From Eledone cirrhosa (taxonomy: Eukaryota), in assembly GCA_964016885.1 (NCBI GenBank), contig OZ024742.1, forward strand, positions 362,204,001 to 362,268,000: 64,000 bases of DNA, given 5' to 3'. Under the pieces are notes generated by a model. It was given only the letters and a program-made list of their open reading frames with translations, was not told the DNA's origin and made no database searches. How positions within the stretch are numbered: the stretch's first letter is position 1; each line of letters begins with the position of its first letter. This document shows positions 38,741 to 50,455 of this stretch, in pieces. Position numbers and translations under genes: made by a program.

Positions 38741-41205
38741 CGTGGGAAAGTGAAAAATCGGAGAATAGACCGTTAAAACATGTTTATTTAAAATATCACC
38801 TACGTACGTTTCGCCCAGTTGGGCTTCTCAAGGGCATAAATAATCACAAGTGTTCCTTATATAGTTCGGAAAGAGTTTTGGGGGTTAAATCCACATCAAG
38901 ATTCATTGCTCGCAAAAATATCTTGTTTTGATTTTGCAGCAGGTCAAGGGAGGTAACTCTGGCCGGTGTTAGGGCAGTCTTTCCCGGATAATTTTTTTTT
39001 TTTTTTTTTTCCGTTTGTCTGAGGCTGGGTCTGGTATGCAAGGATTGTTTTCTGGGTGTTATTTTGCTGCGCCTACCCGCCGGTGTGTTAAGACTTGTTG
39101 CAGGGAGATCCAGTGTACTATTTCACTCTTCATTCTTAACCCATCTAAAGAAGGATATTTTTAAGCGATGTGTACAACTTATCGCTGTTTCAGCTCTGCT
39201 GTTGATGAGCTCGTGGGGTGCAGTTATGATGTGGTAGAGCTCCATGAGGCAAAAATCACATTTCCTCTTGAAGTTGTACGGTGCAGCCCTGCCGACAATC
39301 TCCCAGTGCGTGGAGAAGCTAATGTTTAAGTCCTTTAGTGATGTGATGTAGTCCGCGAGCGAGGTGGAGTGCCTTAGTTTTCTATTTGTGAAAGAGTAGA
39401 GATGTGTTCGAAACCTAATTTTGAACGGGCCGGAGGTGGCCCCTATATAATGTTTAACGCTATTGTGGCTAGTAATAGTGCATCTATATATAACCCTATC
39501 GGCCAAGCAGTATCCTCTAAGGGGGCATCGTCCTCTGTCGCGGCAGTTGCAATTTCTGTCGCGGTTCCGTCTATTTCCCACGATAAGGCTATCATTATTG
39601 CTGCCTACGTTGCTAGCTGCGCTACCGCAGCTGTCGTTAGCACTATTACAACCCACAGCACGCGGGATGGTGCGATTGTTATTCCGCACGCCATGTTCTG
39701 CATGTTCCCCAGTCGTCTTCGCGGTCATTCTGGTTGCGTCTGCGGATGCCGTTGCCAACACTATTGGATGCTGTCAGGGAGTTGTTAAGGCCGATACAGT
39801 TATTGTCAGGTGTAGGTGCGTCTGCGTCGAGGTGCTGTGTCTTGGTGATCTTACTGTGGTTCGTTGTTCCTATGATGTCTGCTAGGTTAGGAGTAGTAGA
39901 GAAGGATATTTTTATATTGTTCTTATTAAGAATTTTTCTATACCTATGGTTGGGTGGGAAGTTCTTCTCTAAGGCTTCGAAGAATATCCGGGGTATGTTG
40001 GAGGCCACACTTCGAGAGTAGGGGGGGGGGGTGGAACCATAGGACGTTACGGTGGCGATTACGTGTCCTTGTACTTTTGCTACGGGTGGTTCCATCTAAG
40101 TGATCGCTCTTATGTGTGTTAATGCGCTGTCGCCCGTTCGGTGCCCCTTTCACTTTATGCTCGGGTTCACTCTTTCTACCACTTCCATGTTTATGTACAC
40201 GAAGATGTTGGTTGGAAGGCGTTGGTAGTAGGCCGTCGCCTTTGTTGGTTTTGTAATAGGGGAATAGTTTGAGTAATCTACAGTATTCACCGTCGCCGGG
40301 GACGTGATCTTTGGTGCGGTTATCTATTCTATTATATCCGACTTTAACGAGGTCGCCGCGTGATCGGTTATAGGTATTGCTTACTATAACGTTAGTTTTA
40401 TGAGGGGGGTGGTTTCTAGAGCTAGCGTTAGGGATGTAGAAAATTCCTCGGTTAAAGCCGGCGCTTATCAAGGCCCTATTGTAGTAATCAGCCGCTTGGT
40501 TGAAGATATCCTCATTGGCGGATAGCCTCGAGATTCTATGTGAGATACTATAGACTATGGAGTTGAGAGTCTGCTTAGGGTGGTTGGAGGCATAATTAAT
40601 ATAAGAGAGGCACTCCCCAGGCTTATGGTATGGCTTGTATAAGCCCGTACTCAACTCCAGGGTCACGTCCAGGAAGTTGACAACCCTGTGGTTGAGGTCC
40701 ATAGTTACGGATAGGCCGTATGACTTAAAGAACCTGTGTATATGTTTGTTAAGGTTCTCTATCCTACGGGGGCTATGGTTCCTAACGGTAAACAGGGCGT
40801 CGTCCCTATATACACCTCCTTGTAGGGCCGGTATTTCTTCCCTAAGCTTATGTAGGAGGTATATCCCAACCAGGTCAGTTGCTTGCGCTGAGTCGCTGGA
40901 CCCCATCGTGACATCGAAGTTATCAGGACGGTTGGTTCTGGTCCAGTGGGAGCCTTCGAACTGGATAATGGTTCTACGTGCCGCTAGAATTATGTCTATT
41001 TCTTTTTTGGTGAGGCTAGTGTTAGATCTAGCTAAGATAAGTGCCTTATTTAAGAGTATGGGGGAGATAGAGGCGTAGTAGCTATCTATATCAAGCTGGA
41101 TGAATTTCAGGGTGGCTTTATCCGGCAACTCAGTGAACCAATTTATGACCTGGTCGGTGTTGCCCCAGAGGCAGACCTTAGCCTTTCTATTAAGCTCGAG
41201 TAGTA
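38741..41205 (-). mobile_element. Penelope-like element, Naiad-type, 5'-truncated, with 3' hammerhead
   Basis: RT-GIY-YIG coding region 41205-39123, 3' UTR ending in (TA)n. HHR 38797-38836(-): CC TTGAGAA GCCCA ac TGGGC GAAA CGTACG TA GG. Confidence 0.85.
39123..41205 (-). pseudogene. PLE reverse transcriptase + C-terminal GIY-YIG endonuclease (two frameshifts)
   Basis: LDIDSYYASI, FDVTMGSSDS, GVYRDD, VNFLDVTL, YINYASNHP, NVLWFHPP, CNCR..CPL.G.CL...VIY...YIG, CDFCLME, CTH. The frameshifts lie at or near a G-run (40020-40031) and a C-run (39707-39710). Confidence 0.9.
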
Positions 41206-41210
41206 TATAT

Positions 41211-41830
41211 AATATTATAATGAAATGACAGGAGGCTGGATTTGTGTAAATCCTTGAAAGGTTTATTATACTATGATCATTTCAATGACCGGGTTCCGTA
41301 TGAATCCGGTGATATCATCAGGTATTCGAAATATAATACGTGAATGTAATAGATAAAATCCATGGGGCTGAAAATCGTGTCATGAGATCGACGTTAACTT
41401 ATGCTCCCATCCCTTTCTGTTTTCGTTTATCTGACCGGTAGTAGCATACTATAAACTTTAGCCACGTCACTCCAGGGCGACCGGCTGAGGTTGAAGGAAC
41501 AGAATAGCGGTCGCCCTCGAGTCCTCGATTTTCAGCCCCATGGATTTTATCTATTACACTCACGTATTATATTTCGAATACCTGATGATATCACCGGATT
41601 CATACGGAACCCGATCATTGAAATGATCATAGTATAATAAACCTTTCAAGGATTTACACAAATCCAGCCTCCTGTCATTTCATTATAATATTTAACTCCG
41701 TAATAGCACCACCAACTACAAAAACAAAGACGGTTGAACTGCTTTACGTTAAGTACTCTCTATATTATTGCATTACGATTGACCATACGGAATAGACCAG
41801 CTCTATACAGTGGTGCACCTCAAACCTGAA
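41211..41830. mobile_element. Fold-back element with about 167-bp inverted arms and a degenerate HHR-like motif
   Basis: Arms 41211-41377 and 41526-41692. CTGATGA...GGAA CCCG(G/A) TC near 41582-41617. Confidence 0.6.
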
Positions 41831-41869
41831 TATATATATATATATATATACATATATGTATATGTATGC

Positions 41870-42030
41870 ATGTGTTCGAGTCTCGGGTTCAATCGAAGGC
41901 AACTACACTAACTAAAGTACTCAATATATTATTAGAGTGTTAAAAATAATGTTGGCTTTCCTGATAATTTCTTTTGAATGAAACAGTTCTGTAGAAGCCA
42001 TTTCTATATTAAATAAGGCATTATTTATAT
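41870..42030. mobile_element. Short HHR element with internal inversion (family H9)
   Basis: 41953-42000(+): GGCTTtC CTGATAA tTTC tttt GAAt GAAA CAG tt CTG TA GAAGCC. The upstream part appears to be the reverse-complement 3' tail. A related piece lies at about 45040-45102(-). Confidence 0.6.
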
Positions 42031-42063
42031 ATTTATATATGTAAATATATATATATATATATA

Positions 42064-42250
42064 TAGGAAAAAGTATGACACCGACGGCAGAGCTCAAGCC
42101 GTTTCAACGGCTATTTCTGGACTCCAGAAATCCCCGTCGAAACGGCTTGAGCCCTGCCGTCGGGGTCATACTCTTTCCTATTACCCACTCTACTACCCTA
42201 AGGATTGAGTACTCTGGTCCATCTGGTTCCTTACCACAATTCCTTCGTTA
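42064..42250 (+). mobile_element. Family H8 hairpin element, copy 2
   Basis: Inverted repeat 42064-42180 with the same tail as 38523. Confidence 0.7.
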
Positions 42251-42273
42251 TATATATATATAGAGAGAAATAT

Positions 42274-42393
42274 TAGAAATATTAAAACAATGAAATTAAA
42301 CACAAAACTGTTAATTCATAGTAAAACTCATAATAATGAGTTTTACTGTGAATTAACAGTTTTGTGTTTAATTTCATTGTTTTAATATTTCTA
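42274..42393. repeat. Near-perfect AT-rich hairpin (about 58-bp arms)
   Basis: tagaaatattaaaac...actcat aata atgagt...gttttaatatttcta. Confidence 0.85.
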
Positions 42394-42465
42394 TTTTGAC
42401 TCTGTATCCAATGACTCTGTATCCAATTGAATAATATCGTTGATAAAATGTTTTGTATTTTAAAC

Positions 42466-42733
42466 TTTGCTTCACGACATCTTCTACATACGGAGAGCTC
42501 AATTTGCTGGCCACTGTCACCGTGCCAGCAATAAAATCATATCCGCTCTCTTGCTCTGGAACCCTGACTCCAGCCTGACTAGGAGTAGGAAGCTGTCATT
42601 CCCTGACGTTATCTCTAGGGATACGGGAATCAACAGACATGACCTGGGGGCAGCGATGGGGGACAGGGGATTCTGGGGCATGAGAGTGAGATCCATCATC
42701 TCGACAGTAGTCGACGAGTGATGATGAGTGATG
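42466..42733 (+). mobile_element. RTE-clade LINE 3' fragment with (TGA)n tail
   Basis: RRAQFAGHCHR...LLLWNP...DVISRDTG...AMGDRGFW. Confidence 0.7.
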
Positions 42734-42798
42734 ACATACGAATTACATTGAGTTCTATATACGGTTTAGACCCTACCATTGAGTGGTAGATTTATCTG

Positions 42799-42821
<23 letters not shown>

Positions 42822-42829
<8 letters not shown>

Positions 42830-43175
42830 GTGAGGTTTTTTTTACAAAATTAAAAATAACCGAGGTGTCCTACACGAGTGGAAGTATAAAGAAAAAGGGA
42901 TGAAATCGAAAATGCAACTGAAGTCTTATTTTAAAAAAAAATATATATATTTATTTGGTTCCTTTACCGGTTTCGCAGTTCTTCTGCTTTTCAAAAGATG
43001 AGTTGAGATGGAGGGTCTGTCGTTTTTCTCACATGTGAGAAAAACCACAGACCCTCCATCTCAACTCACCTTTTGAAAAGCAGAAGAACTGCGAAACCGG
43101 TAAAGGAACCAAATAAATATATATATTTTTAAAAAAAATAAGACTTCAGTTGCATTTTCGATTTCATCCCTTTTT

Positions 43176-43182
<7 letters not shown>
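42822..43182. mobile_element. About 300-bp palindrome carrying a U3-A8 hammerhead in each arm (H2-related)
   Basis: Palindrome 42885-43182 centred on acatgt (43031-43036). 43069-43106(+): CCTT TTGAAAA GCAG aagaa CTGC GAAA CCGG TA AAGG, mirrored at 42961-42998(-). Confidence 0.8.
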
Positions 43183-43220
<38 letters not shown>

Positions 43221-43221
<1 letters not shown>

Positions 43222-43989
43222 AAATGAGGTATCCTCTTGATAAGTCGGCAGACCTCGCAAGGACTCTATATCTTTATGATGTATTGTTTTTGTTTATGCC
43301 ACGAAACTACGTAGTCGAGGAATCTAGGAGCAGTTTAGGTATGATACATTTTATTACTAATTATATCTAAATGTTCCTTCTCTCTTCATAATGTATTTTT
43401 AACTCTGATACTGGTTCAGTCTGGTTCAACCGGATTGGTCTGTCCCAGTCATTCATTGAGCAACATCGGTGAGGTTGGCACCCTTAACTCACGGTTGGGT
43501 GTGGATGCATTCATGTATATGTGTGTGTCCGCACGTATCTGTGTGTTTCTAAATATATTGTTAATAACTCCCTCTGGTCGAGTAATCTTTGAAGTGTGGT
43601 GACTGCTGGAAAGCTGCCATTACTCATACTTCTCACCTCCTTCACCACCTCTTCTACGGCTTCGATATAAATACCCCCTCCGCCTCCGTGGTATTTTCTT
43701 CGCGGTTATAAGAGGCTTAGCTCTGTTTCTCGACCGTTATATCGCGTGACTATCTCCCCCTCCGCCTTTTGGGATTCTTTCTCACGTCGTGTAGACGCGT
43801 TCTTGAGGCTAGTAAAATGAGGTATCCTCTTGATGAGTCGGCAGACCTCGCAAGGACTCTATATCTTTATGATGTATTGTTTTTGTTTATGCCACGAAAC
43901 TACGTAGTCGAGGAATCTAGGAGCAGTTTAGGTATGATACATTTTATTACTAATTATATCTAAATGTTCCTTCTCTCTTCATAATGTAT
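43221..43989 (+). mobile_element. HHR family H7 element with 176-bp direct terminal repeats (LTR-retrozyme/pLTR-like)
   Basis: 43221-43396 is repeated at 43814-43989. Each repeat has an HHR (43232-43321, 43825-43914). Non-coding interior, (TA)n on both sides. Confidence 0.8.
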
Positions 43990-44000
43990 ATATATATATA

Positions 44001-44152
44001 TCAGAATGGCCCGGCGTTGCTCGGGATTTGAAATTCTTTTTGCTCACAACACCCACAGGAGAATAAGTATTAGATGTGTAAAGTTTGAAAGCAATCGGTT
44101 GTGTGGTTCTCGAGTCTTAGGGAGTCAGACAGACAGACAGACAGACATTCTC

Positions 44153-44165
<13 letters not shown>
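44001..44165 (-). mobile_element. Miniature non-autonomous Helitron-like element
   Basis: Subterminal hairpin cccggcgttgctcggg at one end, (TGTC)n plus tatataaaa at the other. Terminal CTRR not clearly preserved. Confidence 0.6.
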
Positions 44166-44219
<54 letters not shown>

Positions 44220-44224
44220 AGTTA

Positions 44225-44379
44225 TTCCGGGTTGAGTCGGAGGTAACCACAGTAAGTAACGTACCCAATACATAGCAGAGTATAAATGTTTTAATATAGA
44301 AAAGCTTCTACAGGACTAGAACTGTTTCATTCTCACGAATGAAACAGTTCTAGTCCTGTAGAAGCTTCTCTATATTAAA

Positions 44380-44382
<3 letters not shown>
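44225..44382. mobile_element. H9-related hairpin element folded back at HHR stem II
   Basis: Inverted repeat 44287-44382 centred on ttcattc-tcac-gaatgaa, then GAAA CAGTTCTAG TC CTGTAGAAG. Confidence 0.65.
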
Positions 44383-44443
<61 letters not shown>

Positions 44444-44462
44444 ACACACACACACGCGCGCA

Positions 44463-44515
<53 letters not shown>

Positions 44516-44760
44516 CCCCCCCCACACATATATATATTTCAATCATATCTCATTTTGTTTGACCCGTTTATCTTGTTCGCTTTTTTGGCTATGGTGGTTA
44601 ATGGCTTCTTAACCATCGTCTCAACGTGTATGACCTTTTTAACTTATGTTTATAGCTCTGGTATCATCTTCATATCCATGGGGCGCTTGTCTGCACAATA
44701 TGGAAGTTGCGTTTCGCTAATTTCTACTCGCCGAAATGCGATTCTCGCTAAATTTATATT

Positions 44761-44791
<31 letters not shown>

Positions 44792-44793
<2 letters not shown>

Positions 44794-44997
44794 CGAAGGT
44801 AGTGTGGTAAAGAACCAGGTGGACCATGACTCACCAGAGTACTCAATACTTAGTATTGTGGGTAGAGTGGGTAATAGGAAAATGTTCAAGACCCCGACGG
44901 CAGAGCTCAAGCTGTTTCGACGTCTATTTCTGGACATTTCTGGACGGCTATTTCGTCCAAACGGCATGAGCCCTGCCGTCGGGGTCTTGAACATTTT

Positions 44998-45042
<45 letters not shown>

Positions 45043-45326
45043 AATACCATATTTAATAAAGAAATGGCTTCTACAGAACTGTTTCATTCAAAGAAATTAT
45101 CACATATACATATATATATATGTATAAAAAGATTCAGGACCCCGACCTTTGAGCTCCAGCCGTTTCGACAGCTAGATCCAAACTGTTCGGATGTAGCTGT
45201 CGAAACGGCAGGAGCTCAGTTGTCGGGGTCCTGAATCTTTTCATATTACCTACTCTACTACCCCAAGTATCGAGTACTCTGGTGGGTTTGGGTCCACCTG
45301 GTATTTTACTACACCCTATCTGATGT
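44792..45326. mobile_element. Two more family H8-type hairpin elements
   Basis: 44792-45001(-) with IR 44875-45001. 45127-45326(+) with IR 45127-45241 and tail actctactaccccaagtatcgagtact. Confidence 0.7.
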
Positions 45327-45328
45327 AC

Positions 45329-45361
<33 letters not shown>

Positions 45362-46129
45362 AAAGGGAACATTGGAAATAGGTGGAGGTAGTTGTGTTTT
45401 TTCACTCGGAACAAAATTGTTTTTAAGGAGAGGGAGATATTGTGTAAATATGTGTGTGTATCTCAATTGTGTTAATGGACTGGTCAAGAGTTCAGATGGG
45501 GATGGCGAAGAGGGGAATTTTAAGCTAGAGACAGATACTATGGGATTGGCAAAAGTAGGGTTGTAAAAGAAATTCTATTTTTGGATGGAATATGGTTTTA
45601 GAGAGTATGAGTGTGTACATGTGAGAGTGTATATACAAAAATACACACGTGTGCGTGTGTGTGTGTGTGTATGTGTGGGAGTATGGTGTGTGTGATGTGT
45701 GTGTGTGTGTATGTGTGGGAGTGTGGTGTGTGTGATGTGTGTGTGCTTCAGCTTGTCTGTCACAGGTCCCTTTGTGGTGGGAAATAAAAAAAAATATATA
45801 TATATATGTGTGTGTGTGTTTATGCCTGTGTATATCTGTGTGTATGTGTGTGTGGGTGGTGGGTGTGTTTATTACAGCGTACGTATATGTTTGGTTGTAT
45901 TTTTCATTTCGTCATCATCAGAAGATAATTTATTTCAATTTTCTATTACGTTAACGACTTTTCATAAAAAATCTCCTGTCTCCCTCGCCGTCCTCCGGGG
46001 AAACGCCTTCTCCATTCTGTCCACCGGGGCTGTGGGTGGGCCCCATCTCGTACCGTTGTAGTTGTAGAAGAAACAGGAAGACAACATCTAAACTAAAACT
46101 TTACATTGTTACGAAAGTTTTAAAACAAA

Positions 46130-46282
46130 TAACAACAACAGCGAGAAGAACAAAAATAATAGCATCAACAACATCAACAGTAACAATAATAACAATAACA
46201 ACAACGATAATAATAATAATGATAATGATGATGATGATGGTGGTGGTGGTGGTAATGGTGTTGATGAGGATAATGGTGATAG

Positions 46283-46325
<43 letters not shown>

Positions 46326-46780
46326 AGTGATGATGTTGATGTTGATGGTGAAGACGATGGTGATGGTGATGAGGAAGATGATGATGATGATGATGATGAT
46401 GATGGTTATTAACATTTACTGAAAGCAGAATGTGTTTTAGGAAATAAGATTTTCAATGGTGAGTTTCTTAAAGATTTTCCGATTTTTCCCATTGAACAAA
46501 TTTGAATGGCTTCAAAATAAGATAACTTTATAGTTAAATGGAGTCGGATAGAATAGATGTGAGGGGGGGGGGGGTGAAGAGGAAGAGAGGAGGACGGGAA
46601 GAATCGGAAAGTGGGAAAAGAGACGAAGAAAAGCAGGAAGAAGGAAAAGATGAAGATGAGGATGAAGGTGAAGGATATGGAGAAGAAGAAGGAGTTGAGG
46701 AAGGAGAAGAAGAAGAAGAAAAAGAAGAAAAAGAGGAAGGAGAAGAAGAAGAAGAAGAAAAAGAAGAAGAAGAAGAAGAA

Positions 46781-46824
<44 letters not shown>

Positions 46825-46850
46825 CGATGGTAATGATGATAATGATATAA
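46130..46850. repeat. (AAC)/(GAT)n/(GAA)n low-complexity tracts
   Basis: Degenerate trinucleotide repeats. Confidence 0.9.
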
Positions 46851-49800
46851 TTATAAAGACAATCACTTAAAAGTATCTTAAATACAAAGATATGGAGAAA
46901 CTTTAAGAAAGTGTAATGTTAAACGTTAGAAAGATAATATGAAGTTATGACGGTGGTTCTGATGTTTTCATTGACAAAAGAAGACTAAATATAACACTGG
47001 AAGTCATCTACATTGTGTGTTGAGAAGAGATCTATATGGCCCCACATCAGTGTCAAACACTGAGACTCCTTGTAATAGACATATATCCAGATAGCAGAAA
47101 CTAAACGTGTGCCCCGCAAAGCCCGCTCTTACCAGAAACATTTATAGAAATATATTCAGAAATTGTATATCTATGACGACATTATCTTACCAACCTTGTA
47201 TTTAATAATTCCTAATTTTGTGTCAACTTTACCTTTCATCAATTTGCGATCGATAAAAAAAGTAGCAGTCTAGTACTGTGGTAGATTCTACTGGAGTATA
47301 TCTCTTTCACACTTCCTTTCTCTCACTTTCTATCCTTCTCTGGAAGAAATCTGCTGTATTCAGACCAGGAGAGTGGTTTGGCGCCACTAGCTTTACAAAA
47401 ATGCCCTAGTAACGTCGTATATCAATATGGCACCCCTATGATTCCCTCGGGAGCTACGGACCCATACCAGACCATTATGTATGAAAATGGAAATAGTATT
47501 TATAAATCATATTTCTACGGGCATGCTGGTATTTTATAAATTAACTTGATAAGTCTCTATAAGTTCCGCAATGAATTGGCAGAGCGGATTGAACGATAAA
47601 TCAAATGCCTGGCGGTATTTGTTCAACTTAGTAGTTTAGGAGGGACTGTGAATTGACAGTCATGTTCTTACTCCTTTAAAACAACTTATAAAATATAAAG
47701 AATTGTACATATGTGCATAGGAAAATAATGAGATTATATGTGATTTATGCCTGTGTAGAAAGCATTATTGAATGAAGCTCCGTAGGTTAGGACGGGCAGT
47801 GTTCAAGTTGTTCGGTCAATTGAAGAGATTGTTCATGCAATTAACGTGAACATTCCACGCACACGTGTACTTATAATGTAAATCTCGGTGAGAATCAGTA
47901 ATACGCAGTGTGACAATGTTGACATTTTAAACTACAGGTACAGGTTTATCACACAAAATACCAAACAGTTTCCGTTTATCTAAGTTTACTGATAAGACAT
48001 GCATAGATCCTGGGTTATGTTAAAATACATGAACTGTGACTTAAATCAGAACCTAATTGCGAAGTGAACTCCTTAAACATTCGGTCATGCTGCAGCTACA
48101 TAGTATTGACAGCGTTCTTGAATATAATTAGCTTAGAATGGGAATCGAAACTCTGTTGGGATTCTGGTTTCGTGGTAATTGTCAAACGCTTAGAATAAAT
48201 ATAAGCTGACTAAACATTAAATTATTTTCCTCCGGCTAAATGCCCTTGGTTACAGATTCAAGATCCGTATCATATTTTGTTTATAAGATATATAATATCT
48301 GCATGCTAATTGTAAGATATTATTATCCATAATAATTCAGATACAATGTATTCAGTTTTTGATGGCGACAAACGAAACCTAAATTGAAAATAATCAGTAT
48401 TTGTAATAAGTTCATGTAATTCTTGTATATCACACAATTCCCTCGGATTGAAACGCGATAATTCAACAATCTCGTTTCACTGTAAATAGAATATCATATT
48501 ATCATTGGCAGGTTTTCTCTTCTAAACGTCTTCTCCCCTCGTGGCTATTTGCGTTCTGCTTATTTCTTCTGTCTTGGTTTTCATTAATTCATGGCTGATA
48601 TCTGAATCATAACGAATACGCTGTTATATTGATTTCTTTCGATTTATGCAAAAAGGACCAAATGGTTACGAAATTTACTTTCTAATTAAGAGTTAGCGTG
48701 TTCGAGTCAATTCATGACTTTTTTGGACAAGCGTCTATTAATGTAGTCTCAGTCGTCCCAGAAATTATCCCAATTCTTTTGTTGCTTACACAAAAAGAGG
48801 AACACTATGACGAAATGGTTAAGAATTTCGTTTGTCAATCAAGAGTTTCCATGTTCGAGCCCCTTGTATGAGATTTTAGAATATCTGTCATTTAACAGCG
48901 GTTGTGAGTGAAATTACAACGGTTTTCCTTTTACCCGTCACAAGTACACAACATAGTCAAACGTTTTACTTTCCCATTATAAGGTTCCGTATTCGGACCC
49001 ACTGCAGCTTTTCCAGTGAGTGAAATTGAGTAGAAGAAAATTGTATAAAAGCCTGTCGGATGTACAGTATTTGAAATACAAAGATCCTGCTTTAGCATGC
49101 ACCCCATACAGTTAATATAAGGGTACACAGGTTTTAGAAGGCTAGGCAATTTACACTTTAGTTTAATGTGTAAGCTGTTCGAGTGGCCGAACCACTGCAA
49201 CCCTCTCCACCGAAACAGACAGATGCCTCATTATGTGTACACAACAAAGAAAGAAAATATATGCAATAAAATGGTCGCCCGTATATTACTGGTACATATG
49301 TTTACATGACCTCCGTCAGAATTAAAAATGGCGACTCTGGCTAGGAAGATAAAATTAATACTATGACTCAGCCATTGCGTTCTCTATATAAATTATATTT
49401 AAGACCTCACAACAAAGTTTTGGGTCTCTGCCGTAAGGCACTCACATTTCTGCCATCGAAACTTCAGATTTTGCGCTTTCGTTGGTTTCATATGATTTGA
49501 CATCAGATTTAATCTGTGCTAGAATGAGTCGACCCCAGTATATTACTGGTATGATTTACATGCCAGAGAAAAAGAAAATAACAATTTCAAATATTTAGTT
49601 TCTGGTATACAATAAAGAAAGCATGGCCACGGCTAGAACACCTTTGATCATAAGTTGTTTGTCAAAGCTCATCCCGTTATTAAATAACTGACTGGGAGTT
49701 TATGATAAATTGAAGTGAAAAACCAACAGGTGCGTGTATTTTTATTGGCAGCATGACCCTCCCAAAGTATAACAACATGACCCTCCCAAAGTATAACAAT

Positions 49801-49954
49801 ATTTGTTTCAACACACGTTTTCCGATAAGAAATCTTGCAAAACAAATACAAAAAACAAGTACATGTACATATACATATATATATCTATACATATACTTAT
49901 GAACACAGGTATACACGCATATGTACACATACACAGGTGCACACACATATATAG

Positions 49955-49990
<36 letters not shown>

Positions 49991-50395
49991 GTATATATAT
50001 ATATGCATACATACACGCATGAAGTATTAACACGATATAAGCCACATATTAGCAATAAATTGACAAATAATAGTTTTTCTTTCATTCTTAATTCGTGTTT
50101 ACATTTTGCCAGGTTTTACATGATGAATAAAATATGATTGATGTATTTATTAATTGATGAAACCATATATACAAAGTTGGATAAATATGTAGGCGTTAAT
50201 TGTTGTATTTTATCGAAAAAATTGCATGTTTTTTGTATGATCTGTAAAGATTTATTGAACTTCAATTAGCCTTAGATCGTTCAGGATATTTAATATTCAT
50301 TAAAAAAACTTATATGATTTTACTTAGCAGTATCTTATTGACAATACGAGAGAAATTATATATATATATATATATTTATATATACACACACACAC

Positions 50396-50455
<60 letters not shown>

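Noticed and set aside
46538-46870. Acidic E/D-rich 110-aa ORF
   Set aside because: (GAA)/(GAT) repeat expansion with no splice or domain support.
46900-49700. Possible host exons in the less repetitive stretch
   Set aside because: Only short ORFs with no recognisable domain, plus decayed SINE-like bits. Small exons cannot be excluded without RNA data.
49752-49799. 24-bp direct duplication catgaccctcccaaagtataacaa
   Set aside because: Simple local tandem duplication with no associated element.
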